From assembly GCA_964467905.1 (NCBI GenBank), contig CAYXSY010000004.1, forward strand, positions 1,182-65,181: 64,000 bases of DNA, in the 5' to 3' direction. The translations under genes and the position numbers were made by a program. This document shows, in pieces, positions 55,175 to 64,000 of the stretch. The notes below the pieces were generated by a model. The model was not told where the DNA came from. It did not search any database and worked only from the letters and a program-made list of their open reading frames with translations. Within the stretch, counting starts at the first letter, position 1. Each line of letters begins with the position of its first letter. This DNA comes from an uncultured Planctomycetales bacterium. GTDB taxonomy: Bacteria > Omnitrophota > Gorgyraeia > Gygaellales > Profunditerraquicolaceae.

Positions 55175-56014
55175 ATGGCCATATTTGGTAAGCCAAAATA
55201 TACTATTGTCAGGGTTAGAAAAAGAGAGATACCGGATGGTATCTGGGTGAAGTGTGAAGGTTGTTCTGAACCGCTCTATAGCAAGGCCCTGGAAGAAAAT
55301 CTTAAAACCTGCCCGAAGTGCAACCATCATTTTATATTAGGCGCATATGAGAGAATCAAGGTTACTTTAGACGACGGAACTTTTGATGAATTTGATAAAG
55401 ATATGACGTCAAAAGATCCTCTTAATTTTAAGGGCCCTAAAACTTATAAAGAAAAACTAAAGCAGGATGAGGCTGCTACGGGATTGAAGGAAGCAGTGGC
55501 AACAGGGAGCGGGCTTATAAACGGCAGTAAAGTGGTAGTCGCCGTGACAGATTCACGTTTTATAATGGGATCATTAGGTTCGGTGGTCGGTGAGAAAATA
55601 ACCAGGGCGATTGAGACAGCAACCCAGAAACGCCTGCCCATGATTATTATTTCCGGTTCCGGTGGGGGGGCCAGAATGTATGAGGGAATGTTTAGTCTTA
55701 TGCAGATGTCTAAGACATCGGCAGCCCTTTCTTATCATAATAAAGAAGGCCTGCCCTATATCTCTGTTTTAACTAATCCAACTATGGCAGGGGTTATGGC
55801 TTCTTTTGCCGGTTTAGGTGATATTATCATTGCCGAACCTAAAGCGCTAATTGGCTTCACCGGGCCCAGGGTAATTGAGCAAACTATAAGACAAAAGCTT
55901 CCCCCGGGGTTCCAGCGTTCGGAATTTTTGTTAGAACATGGGCTTATTGATATGATTGTACATCGTAAAGAAATGAAAGATACTCTGGCCAAACTTATTT
56001 ATTATCTTAGTTGA
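55175..56014 (+). CDS. accD: acetyl-CoA carboxylase carboxyltransferase beta subunit
   Basis: N-terminal zinc ribbon CEGC...CPKCNHH and the carboxyltransferase core (GSMG, SGGARM). Confidence 0.9.
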   Translation: MAIFGKPKYTIVRVRKREIPDGIWVKCEGCSEPLYSKALEENLKTCPKCNHHFILGAYERIKVTLDDGTFDEFDKDMTSKDPLNFKGPKTYKEKLKQDEAATGLKEAVATGSGLINGSKVVVAVTDSRFIMGSLGSVVGEKITRAIETATQKRLPMIIISGSGGGARMYEGMFSLMQMSKTSAALSYHNKEGLPYISVLTNPTMAGVMASFAGLGDIIIAEPKALIGFTGPRVIEQTIRQKLPPGFQRSEFLLEHGLIDMIVHRKEMKDTLAKLIYYLS

Positions 56015-56029
56015 TTTTCAAAAGAAAAA

Positions 56030-56038
56030 TGTTATAAT
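56030..56038 (+). promoter_or_regulatory. extended -10 promoter element (TGtTATAAT)
   Basis: TG at 56030-56031, TATAAT at 56033-56038, about 50 nt upstream of the ABC ATPase start. Confidence 0.4.
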
Positions 56039-56088
56039 ATGGCCTAATTGTCAGGCGCTGTCAGTTATTAAGAAAGAGGCAGGTTTAT

Positions 56089-57192
56089 ATGTCGCAAGTC
56101 AGTTTAAAAGATGTTTCCAAGACCTTTCCCAACGGCACAAAAGTAGTAAATCGGCTTAATTTAGGGGTTGAGAGCAAGGAATTTATGGTTTTAGTCGGCC
56201 CTTCCGGTTGTGGCAAATCCACAACCTTAAGAATGATTGCCGGGCTTGAGGATATAAGCGAAGGTAACATCTATATCGGAGATAAGTTGGTAAATGATGT
56301 ACCGGCTAAAGACCGCGATATAGCAATGGTGTTTCAGAATTACGCTTTATATCCGCATATGACTGCTTTTGAAAATATGGCTTTTGGACTTAAATTACGC
56401 CGCTATTCAAAGTCTGAGATAATTACACGCGTCAATGAGGCGGCAGATATATTGGGCATAAAACACCTTCTTGCCCGTAAACCGAAAGAACTCTCGGGTG
56501 GAGAAAGGCAGCGCGTAGCAGTAGGTAGGGCCATCGTAAGGAAACCGATGGCTTTTCTTTTTGATGAGCCCCTAAGCAATTTAGACGCAAAATTAAGAGT
56601 TCAGATGCGCACCGAAATCCACAAGCTACACATAAGGCTGCAGACAACTATTATTTACGTTACGCACGATCAGGTTGAAGCTATGACCATGGGTGATAGA
56701 GTTGCCGTTATGAAGGGTGGAGTGTTGCAGCAGGTGGCTGATCCGATAACAGTTTATGATTATCCTAAGAATAAGTTTGTGGCCGGTTTTATAGGTTCGC
56801 CCCCGATGAATTTTATGAACGGACGTATAATAAAGAAAGACAGCCGTATTTATTTTGATGAAGGCCGCATAAAAGTTAAAGTAGTCGAGGACATGTATCC
56901 TAAGTTAATGTCTTATGTAGGCAAAGAGGTAATTTTAGGCATAAGGGCGGAGGATATCTACGATAAATTGTTTGTTTCAGAGGCTCCTCCGGAAAATATA
57001 GTTAGCGTAAATTGTGAAGTAGTTGAGCCGATGGGCTCCGAGGTTTATTTGTATCTTAATACAGGCAAGCATACTTTTGTGGCGCGCGTCGGGGCCCATG
57101 ACAGACCCGGCGTAAATCAGGATATGGACGTAGTTTTTGATATGAGCAAGGTCCATTTTTTTGATAAGGATACCGAAGATACCATAGTTTAA
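56089..57192 (+). CDS. sugar-type ABC transporter ATP-binding protein (MalK/UgpC/MsmX-like)
   Basis: GPSGCGKST Walker A, LSGGERQRV signature, FLFDEPLSNLD Walker B, C-terminal TOBE-like regulatory domain. Confidence 0.85.
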   Translation: MSQVSLKDVSKTFPNGTKVVNRLNLGVESKEFMVLVGPSGCGKSTTLRMIAGLEDISEGNIYIGDKLVNDVPAKDRDIAMVFQNYALYPHMTAFENMAFGLKLRRYSKSEIITRVNEAADILGIKHLLARKPKELSGGERQRVAVGRAIVRKPMAFLFDEPLSNLDAKLRVQMRTEIHKLHIRLQTTIIYVTHDQVEAMTMGDRVAVMKGGVLQQVADPITVYDYPKNKFVAGFIGSPPMNFMNGRIIKKDSRIYFDEGRIKVKVVEDMYPKLMSYVGKEVILGIRAEDIYDKLFVSEAPPENIVSVNCEVVEPMGSEVYLYLNTGKHTFVARVGAHDRPGVNQDMDVVFDMSKVHFFDKDTEDTIV

Positions 57193-57276
57193 TTTATGGT
57201 GTTATTTTCCGTAACCCCGAGCCATTGTAATTATTTTTTAAGAAGAGGTTAAGGTTATACGAATAGGCCTAAATTT

Positions 57277-58533
57277 TTGTTAAATATCTTTTTATTTTTC
57301 CTCTACGCAATCCTGCCGGTTTTTCTTGTTAAGTTACTGCATCAGACAATTCCCGCGTTATTGTTGTATTATCTTATTTTGCTAAGTATACTTTTTTATT
57401 TCTTTAAGAAGAGGGCCTTTTTGAAAAGGCGTTTTGAAATTAAGCGCCAGGAAATAAGGGAGAATACTAATATCCTCAAGGATGATATATCGCGTGATAA
57501 TAAAAACAAAGATTCGGCTTTAGATAAAATCTCACGTTATTATCATCTTAAGGATATACTCGTAAAGCTGAACCAGAATTTTGATATTGATGCAATAGCC
57601 GAAGATTTAGTTTCGATATCGTTTTCTAATATTGGGAAAGAAAGCGGTACCTGCCTTTTATATCTTGCCGATAAAAAAGAAAGAATCCACTTAGGATTAT
57701 TTAAGAGTAAAAAAGAAGATAAGGACCTGGTTATAAAAGCCAAGGAGGGAGATATATTTGATTTTTGGGTTCTAAGACATGCCAGTCCTATTCTGATTGA
57801 GGATTTAAAAAGAGACTTCCGTTTTGACCTTGAAAAACTCGACCGCCGGCATACAAGGATATTCTCTTCGCTTATCAGCTCTCCGTTAATAAGTGAAACT
57901 GAATTTGTCGGTATATTAAGGTTAGATAACCATAAATCTTATTTTTATTCTCAAGATGACCTTAGGTTTTTAGCCACTATCTCAGATTTATCTGCAGTGG
58001 CACTAGAAAATGCCCAGCTTTTCCGTAGAACAGAAGAGCTGGCGATAAAAGATGCCCTCACTTCTTTTTACCGGAAAGAATATTTTCTGGGGCGCCTGGA
58101 TGAGGAATGCAAAAGAGCGGTACGCAAAAATGAGTTTTTTTCATTACTGATGCTGGATATCGATCATTTCAAAGATTACAATGATAAGTTTGGGCACGCA
58201 TCAGGAGATATAGTCTTAAAGAATTTGAGCGCGCATATAGAAGAATTCTTGCGAGATTATAACCCTATTATAGGGCGTTTTGGGGGCGAGGAATTTTGCA
58301 TTATCCTTCCTTTTGCCGATAAAGAGAGAGCTGTTCAGATAGCTCAAGATTTGCGTTTATCTGTAGAAGGGATGAAAATAGTTTTGCGCCGCCTGGAGAA
58401 CAAAATTACTGTCTCGGTAGGAGTAGCCACTTTTTTAAAAGATGCGCCTGAAGCAGGAGAGCTTATATTTAAGGCGGATCATGCTATGTATGAGGCAAAA
58501 AAACAGGGAAGGAACAGGGTAGCTTATGCTTAA
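57277..58533 (+). CDS. membrane-anchored GAF-GGDEF diguanylate cyclase
   Basis: N-terminal TM helices, GAF-like region, DALTSFYRKEYF...LDIDHFKDYNDKFGHASGD...GGEEF. Confidence 0.85.
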   Translation: MLNIFLFFLYAILPVFLVKLLHQTIPALLLYYLILLSILFYFFKKRAFLKRRFEIKRQEIRENTNILKDDISRDNKNKDSALDKISRYYHLKDILVKLNQNFDIDAIAEDLVSISFSNIGKESGTCLLYLADKKERIHLGLFKSKKEDKDLVIKAKEGDIFDFWVLRHASPILIEDLKRDFRFDLEKLDRRHTRIFSSLISSPLISETEFVGILRLDNHKSYFYSQDDLRFLATISDLSAVALENAQLFRRTEELAIKDALTSFYRKEYFLGRLDEECKRAVRKNEFFSLLMLDIDHFKDYNDKFGHASGDIVLKNLSAHIEEFLRDYNPIIGRFGGEEFCIILPFADKERAVQIAQDLRLSVEGMKIVLRRLENKITVSVGVATFLKDAPEAGELIFKADHAMYEAKKQGRNRVAYA

Positions 58534-59527
58534 CCTCAGCATATATATCCTACTGGCTATTTTATTCTCGGCAGTTATTTTAGCGAAAAAGAAGCTTGCT
58601 TTAAAGGCGGTTCTTTTAGAAAGGGAGTGTTTGTTTTTAGATGACGGGTATAAGAAATTATATGCAGATAGTTTAAGGCTTAAAGACGAGCTGCGCAGTT
58701 TATATCTTCAGCTGGATGAGACAGTGGCTATCTATAATACTGCAAATAATATTTGTAAGAGCCTTGATGATAACGTCGTATTCAGTTTGTTTAAGGAAGA
58801 AATCAGGAAATATCTAAAAATCGGCGATTGTGTCTTTCTAAGAAAGGGACAGGACGCGTCTTCTTATGCCGGATATCTAAGTATACCTTTAGAAATCGAT
58901 AAGAATAATTCAGTCAACTTATTGGTGTCGGGAGTGAATGAATCCGACAGGGAGAAGCTCAATATTCTTTCCCAGCAGTTCTTACTTGGGCTTAAAAGAG
59001 CAACGCTTTATGGCAGAATTCAGGAACTAGCGATAACAGATACTTTGACCGCAGCTTTCAGTCGCAGGTATTCATTGGAAAGAATGGAAGATGAATTGCA
59101 GCGTTCAAAGAATATGAAACTCCATTTCTCTGTTTTGATGATTGATGTAGACCACTTCAAGGAATTTAACGATAAATACGGACATCTTGTGGGAGACGTT
59201 GTCTTAAGAAAAATAGCCGCGGTCATCAAGGATAACATAAGGCAGATTGATATGTTGGGCAGATACGGAGGAGAAGAGTTTTTAGTTGTTTTAAGCGAAA
59301 CCGCCCGTCAGGATGCATCTTTTGTTGCCGAACGTATAAGACAGGCCGTGGAGAATGTGGTTATCGACGCCTATGACGAGAAACTAAAGACAACGATTAG
59401 TATAGGCGTAGCCGTGTTCCCTAATTCGGCTCTTAGTGTCCAGGGGCTGATTGATAAGGCAGATAGGGCAATGTATGCTGCAAAAAGCTCAGGTAGGAAT
59501 AGAGTCAATATTTATTCAGAACCTTAA
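58526..59527 (+). CDS. membrane-anchored GGDEF diguanylate cyclase
   Basis: TM helix, DTLTAAFSRRY...IDVDHFKEFNDKYGHLVGD...GGEEF. Overlaps the upstream gene by 8 nt. Confidence 0.85.
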   Translation: MLNLSIYILLAILFSAVILAKKKLALKAVLLERECLFLDDGYKKLYADSLRLKDELRSLYLQLDETVAIYNTANNICKSLDDNVVFSLFKEEIRKYLKIGDCVFLRKGQDASSYAGYLSIPLEIDKNNSVNLLVSGVNESDREKLNILSQQFLLGLKRATLYGRIQELAITDTLTAAFSRRYSLERMEDELQRSKNMKLHFSVLMIDVDHFKEFNDKYGHLVGDVVLRKIAAVIKDNIRQIDMLGRYGGEEFLVVLSETARQDASFVAERIRQAVENVVIDAYDEKLKTTISIGVAVFPNSALSVQGLIDKADRAMYAAKSSGRNRVNIYSEP

Positions 59528-59682
59528 CTCGTTATTAATAATAAAGTAATATTCTTTCAGGTCCTTCCATATATTTATATTGCAATTAAAATATATTTAA
59601 TATAGAATAAAACGCTATAAACTCGTTTTTTTGAGTGAGCGTGAGGTATTCAGAGTTAAGCCGACGTTGTAAAAAGGATGAG

Positions 59683-60606
59683 ATGGTGAAAAAAGATTTA
59701 ATTGCGGCTGTTGATTTAGGTGGGACCAACCTTAAGGTAGCTCTTGTCAGCAAGAAATATAAGATAATCGATAGGTTATATATTGATACCTCCGGCTTTA
59801 AAAACCGGCAGGATTTGATTAAGGGCATAGTTTCTGCCGTAAAAAGCATTGCTAAAAATAATAAGCTTTCTTTAGGGGCGATATTAGGTTTGGGTATAGG
59901 TCTCCCCGGCCCCGTTGATAACAAATCAGGGCGTGTCCATTTCTTGCCTAACATATCCGGATGGAAAGATGTTTTGCTCAAGGGCATATTAGAGAAGCAG
60001 CTTGGTATCCCGGTATTTGTGGATAATGATGCTAAGTTAATGTGTCTGGCTGAATACACGGTAGGTGCAGCTAAGGGGTCTCAGAATGCTATATGCGTGA
60101 CTTTAGGCACGGGAGTAGGGGGAGGAATTATAATCTCTGGTAAACTATACCGTGGGCTTGATAATGCCGCAGGAGAACTGGGGCATCTGCCTATCAATGA
60201 AAATGGCCCGATATGCAATTGCGGAGGCAGAGCTTGTCTTGAGGCATATGTCGGAAATAAGAGGATAATAAATTCAGCAAAAAAGATATTTTCTGATTTT
60301 ACGACATTGGAAGCGTTGTCAGATTCTGCTAATAAGGGCAATAAGAAGGCGGCGCTTTTTTGGTCGCGTATAGGAGAGCATATCGGAAGTGCGCTGATAG
60401 GATTAGTAAACATATTTAATCCTGAATGTATTGTAATCGGAGGGGGGATTTCGTGCGCAGGAAGGATTCTTTTTGATCCGATCCGCAAGAAGGTAGAAGA
60501 TTATGCCATGCCTGTACAGGCAAAAAGAGTCAGTATTATCAAAGCCAAGCTTTCTAAGGATGCCGGGTTAATCGGCGCGGCAATATTAGTAAGAGAAAAC
60601 ATATAA
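59683..60606 (+). CDS. ROK family glucokinase
   Basis: [20 protein letters not shown] and the [10 protein letters not shown] zinc motif. I prefer the ATG at 59683 over the track start at 59635. Confidence 0.8.
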   Translation: MVKKDLIAAVDLGGTNLKVALVSKKYKIIDRLYIDTSGFKNRQDLIKGIVSAVKSIAKNNKLSLGAILGLGIGLPGPVDNKSGRVHFLPNISGWKDVLLKGILEKQLGIPVFVDNDAKLMCLAEYTVGAAKGSQNAICVTLGTGVGGGIIISGKLYRGLDNAAGELGHLPINENGPICNCGGRACLEAYVGNKRIINSAKKIFSDFTTLEALSDSANKGNKKAALFWSRIGEHIGSALIGLVNIFNPECIVIGGGISCAGRILFDPIRKKVEDYAMPVQAKRVSIIKAKLSKDAGLIGAAILVRENI

Positions 60607-60607
60607 A

Positions 60608-61252
60608 ATGAAAATATTTATTGATAGCGCAAACATAAAAGAGATAAAAGAGGCTTTGTCAATCGGCATTATAGATGGTGTTACTACCAACCCTACATTA
60701 GTCGCTAAAGAAGGACGTCCCGCATTAGAGCTCTTAAAAGAAATATGTTCTCTTGTCAGCGGCCCGGTGAGTGCAGAGGTCATTGGTTTGAGTGCAGACG
60801 AGATGGTTGTAGAGGCAAAGCAACTTTCAAAAATAGCAAAAAACATTGTGATTAAGGTGCCGCTTATAAAGGAAGGGCTGAAAGCAGTAAAAATTTTATC
60901 TTCGGAAGGTATAAAAACTAATGTTACCCTGTGTTTTTCTCCTACGCAAGCGCTTCTAGCCGCTAAGGCAGGGGCAAGTTATATTTCTCCTTTTATCGGT
61001 AGGCTGGATGATATAAGTCAAAGGGGTATGGATTTGATTGCCCAGATAAAAACGATATATGATAATTATGAATATCAGACTCAGATAATTGTTGCTTCGG
61101 TGCGTAATCCTATGCATGTAGTTGATGCTGCGTTACTAGGCGCTGATATTGCTACGGTACCTTTTGGCGTGATTGAACAGCTTATCAAGCATCCCCTTAC
61201 TGAAATAGGCGTACAGAGATTTTTGGATGATTTCAAAAAGATTCCTAAATAA
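60608..61252 (+). CDS. short transaldolase / fructose-6-phosphate aldolase
   Basis: [15 protein letters not shown]...GVTTNPTL...KVP pattern. 214 aa. Confidence 0.85.
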   Translation: MKIFIDSANIKEIKEALSIGIIDGVTTNPTLVAKEGRPALELLKEICSLVSGPVSAEVIGLSADEMVVEAKQLSKIAKNIVIKVPLIKEGLKAVKILSSEGIKTNVTLCFSPTQALLAAKAGASYISPFIGRLDDISQRGMDLIAQIKTIYDNYEYQTQIIVASVRNPMHVVDAALLGADIATVPFGVIEQLIKHPLTEIGVQRFLDDFKKIPK

Positions 61253-63462
61253 TGCAGATTAAAAATCAAATACTAAAGATTAGAGCTGTAGGCAAAGAAC
61301 AAAGGATTAAACTTGCGGTGGCCTTTATTTGCTTAGGTTGCTGCGGCTTGATTTTTAATTTTGCCTGTTATGCATCCGGTTCGAACGAAAGCCCTATTAT
61401 TGTAAACGGAGATACCGTAGAGTATATGACGGATAGCAGCGAGGCATCCGCAAGCGGTAACGTGGTTGTCGTTTATAAGGGGGCAAAGCTTACCTGCGAT
61501 AAACTTAGCGTTAATACCCAGACTAAAGATGCTTCGGCAGAAGGCAATGTAAAAATCGAGGACCCAGAATACGGAATTATACAGGGTCCGAAAATGACTT
61601 ATAATTTTGAGACAAAGACAGGCGTTATTTTGGACGCGGAATTTAAATCTAATCCTTATTTTGGCAAGGCAAAGAAGATAGAGAAAGTCAGCGATACCGA
61701 ATTTGTCGCTTACCAAGGATATGCCTCTACCTGCGACTACGATCATCCGCACTACCGCATCCAATCAAAAGAAGTCAAGATGTTCCCGGGTGATAAAATA
61801 CAAACCAGGGATAACCGTTTTTATATCGGAGACATCCCGTTCTTTTATCTGCCGTTTTATAATCATAGCCTGAAAGAACCGCTTATGCATGTAAGAGTTT
61901 CTCCGGGGCAGCGTAAGGAATGGGGAGGTTATGTCTTGAGCGCCTGGAGGTATAATCTTACTGAAAATGTTAATGGCAGGGTGTATTTTGATTACCGGCA
62001 AAAGTTAGGTTTTGCAGAAGGTTTCGGGGTTAATTACGATACTAAGCGTTTTGGCAAGGGCGATTTTAAATTCTACTATACCGATGAACATCCCGAGACT
62101 CTCTCTATAGGAGAGCCGGAGTATTTTAACCGCTACCTTGCGCGCCTGCGGCATACCTGGGCAATTGATTCCAGGACATTCTTCACCACAGAGTATTATA
62201 AGATTCTTGATGAAAAAAGAAAATTCGCTCCTGCAACAGACGGCTTCTTAAAGGAATATTTTTACCGCGAATACGAAAAAGAATCACAACCTCTTTCTTA
62301 TGTTTTGCTGCAGCATAACTTTAATTATTCCAGCATCAGTGTATTGTTCCAGGACCGCACTAACCACTGGTTTGATTATATAGAGAAAAAACCGGAAGCC
62401 ATATTCAGTATGCCGGCTTATCAGTTGGCGCAGTCTCCTTTTTATTATTCAAATGAGACTACAGTGGCTAATTTCGATAGAAAGGGAGGCGATGTTGGTG
62501 ATGATACGACCGTAGCAAGGCTTGATACTTTAAATAAGATATCCATTCCTATGAGCCTTTCTATTTTTAGGATAGCCCCTTTTGTCGCTGAAAGAGGGAC
62601 TTTCTATGATACGGGAGAATTAAGCACCGACAGTATAAACCGGGCTATATTTTATTCCGGAGTTGAGGCAAGCACAAAACTTTACCGCGTTCTAAATGTA
62701 AAGTCTAACTTCTTGGGCATGGATGTAGATGGTTTACGTCATATTATCAGCCCTTCCGTTAAGTTCAACTATAATCATAAGCCGACAGTAAACAGCAGCA
62801 TGATCAGGCAGATAGATTCAGTGGATGATATAGCCGCGAATTCTTCTCTTTATATAGAACTTTCAAATAAATTGCAAACCAAAAGAGATGGTAAGTCAAT
62901 TGACTTGGTCGATTTCCTGGTTTATACAAATTACTATTTTAATTCTTTTGATACCACTAATAATATTAAGCGTACCGATGAATTTTCGGATATCTTTATG
63001 CAGTTAAAAATGAAGCCTTATGCCTGGTTGCGCGTGGATTTTGACTCTACTTATAAAAGGTCAGGCCCGCGTAATAACGGCAATTACGGGCATTTTTCTG
63101 ATGTAAACTACGATTTTAATTTTGATTTCGCAAAAGAAAGGTCTTTCGGCATCGGACAGCGTTACGAACGCAATGGCAGTAACGAAATAACTGCGCAAAT
63201 TGACTGGCGTATAAATCCCAAATGGAAATTTAGTATATATGAGCGTTATAATGCTTCCGCAGATACGGATTTAAAACGCGGTTTGCGCGAACAGGAATAC
63301 AGGTTATCAAGAGACATGCATTGCTGGATTATGGATATGGTCTATAACATCAGTAAAGAGGATGGCCATACAATATGGTTTGTTTTTAAGCTCAAAGCCT
63401 TCCCTGAAACCGAGTTTGACTTTGACCAGAATTATCATAAGCCCAAGTCAGGAGCACAATAA
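61252..63462 (+). CDS. lptD: LPS-assembly outer-membrane protein LptD (OstA family)
   Basis: Signal-like N-terminus, OstA-N beta-jellyroll pattern (ASGNVVVVYKGAKLTCDKLSVNTQTKDASAEGNVKI), and a large beta-barrel-like C-terminus rich in aromatic/Gly repeats. Confidence 0.78.
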   Translation: MQIKNQILKIRAVGKEQRIKLAVAFICLGCCGLIFNFACYASGSNESPIIVNGDTVEYMTDSSEASASGNVVVVYKGAKLTCDKLSVNTQTKDASAEGNVKIEDPEYGIIQGPKMTYNFETKTGVILDAEFKSNPYFGKAKKIEKVSDTEFVAYQGYASTCDYDHPHYRIQSKEVKMFPGDKIQTRDNRFYIGDIPFFYLPFYNHSLKEPLMHVRVSPGQRKEWGGYVLSAWRYNLTENVNGRVYFDYRQKLGFAEGFGVNYDTKRFGKGDFKFYYTDEHPETLSIGEPEYFNRYLARLRHTWAIDSRTFFTTEYYKILDEKRKFAPATDGFLKEYFYREYEKESQPLSYVLLQHNFNYSSISVLFQDRTNHWFDYIEKKPEAIFSMPAYQLAQSPFYYSNETTVANFDRKGGDVGDDTTVARLDTLNKISIPMSLSIFRIAPFVAERGTFYDTGELSTDSINRAIFYSGVEASTKLYRVLNVKSNFLGMDVDGLRHIISPSVKFNYNHKPTVNSSMIRQIDSVDDIAANSSLYIELSNKLQTKRDGKSIDLVDFLVYTNYYFNSFDTTNNIKRTDEFSDIFMQLKMKPYAWLRVDFDSTYKRSGPRNNGNYGHFSDVNYDFNFDFAKERSFGIGQRYERNGSNEITAQIDWRINPKWKFSIYERYNASADTDLKRGLREQEYRLSRDMHCWIMDMVYNISKEDGHTIWFVFKLKAFPETEFDFDQNYHKPKSGAQ

Positions 63463-63470
63463 GAGGTTTT

Positions 63471-64000
63471 ATGCCCAGTTATTACGCCCATCTGCTTAAA
63501 GCAATTAAGACAAGAAAAGCCAAAATCGCCATAGTAGGTTTAGGTTATGTCGGCCTGCCTTTGGCGGTAGAGTTTGCTAAAAAGGGATTCGCGGTTTTAG
63601 GTTTTGATGCCGATAAAGACAGGGTAGAGAATCTGCGCAGAAAACATTCCTATATAACTGATATATCAAGCAAAGAGGTAGCTGCTTTGGTATCAAGAGG
63701 CAAGCTTATTCCTTCGTCAGATCCGCATACTTTAAGGCAGGCTGACGTGCTTTTGATTTGTGTACCTACGCCATTAAAAAGAAAATACGATCCGGATATT
63801 TCTTTTATTAAGAGCGCGGTTAAATCGATAGTAAATAATCTTAAAAAAGGTGCCTTAGTAATACTGGAGAGTACGACATATCCGGGGACAACAGAAGAAG
63901 TGATATTGCCTATGTTTAAGTCCAGAGGGTTGGCTCATGGCAGGGATTTTTATCTTTGTTTTTCTCCGGAGAGGATAGACCCCGGTAATGCTAATTTCCC
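63471..64000 (+). CDS. nucleotide-sugar dehydrogenase (UDP-N-acetyl-D-mannosamine/UDP-glucose dehydrogenase family), 5' partial at the window edge
   Basis: My own translation from the ATG at 63471 gives MPSYYAHLLKAIKTRKAKIAIVGLGYVGLPLAVEFAKKGF...ICVPTPL...ESTTYPGTT...FSPERIDPGN. Not in the ORF track because it runs off the window. Confidence 0.8.
   Translation, partial: MPSYYAHLLKAIKTRKAKIAIVGLGYVGLPLAVEFAKKGFAVLGFDADKDRVENLRRKHSYITDISSKEVAALVSRGKLIPSSDPHTLRQADVLLICVPTPLKRKYDPDISFIKSAVKSIVNNLKKGALVILESTTYPGTTEEVILPMFKSRGLAHGRDFYLCFSPERIDPGNANF

Noticed and set aside
1-64000. tRNA, rRNA, tmRNA, RNase P or other structured RNA genes
   Set aside because: Intergenic spacers are short (mostly under 160 nt), and none showed cloverleaf-like or rRNA-like sequence on visual inspection. 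A tRNAscan or Infernal run would be needed to be certain.

Overview
The window reads as a compact, almost entirely coding stretch of a Gram-negative-type anaerobic bacterial chromosome. Supporting genes are LptD, a four-subunit pyruvate:ferredoxin oxidoreductase, ferredoxin, hemerythrin and pta-ackA. Several enzymes are shortened, which fits a streamlined uncultured lineage, but I cannot assign taxonomy from sequence alone. Most of it is housekeeping: porGDAB, trxA/trxB, pta-ackA, panD, def, pckG, purC, miaB/miaA, hflX, a CIRCE-controlled clpB and hrcA-grpE-dnaK-dnaJ heat-shock block, accD, tal, lptD. Two regions stand out. (1) At 14.66-19.65 kb a ~5 kb integrative island with a large serine recombinase sits in the 3' end of a BNR/Asp-box propeller gene. 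It is flanked by a 35-bp perfect direct repeat that continues as a ~190-bp diverged duplicate of the gene's 3' end. Its cargo is a small basic protein, an AbiEii/GSU2403-like nucleotidyltransferase-fold protein, a membrane protein with a GspF-N-like head, and a HEPN-like protein. This is a candidate uncharacterised toxin-antitoxin or defence module, with two copies of an 11-bp inverted-repeat operator and a G10 tract. (2) At 7.3-13.1 kb there is a signalling cluster. It starts with an ECF sigma, a soluble zf-HC2 anti-sigma and a translationally coupled CHAT(caspase-like)-TM-TPR protein, reminiscent of the Craspase/Csx30/RpoE logic but without any CRISPR genes. It continues with an atypical REC-GGDEF(GGDDF)-MshEN protein, a secreted protein and a PilZ protein. 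I saw no rRNA, tRNA or CRISPR array. All functional calls rest on motifs I recognised by eye in the supplied translations; no database search was run.
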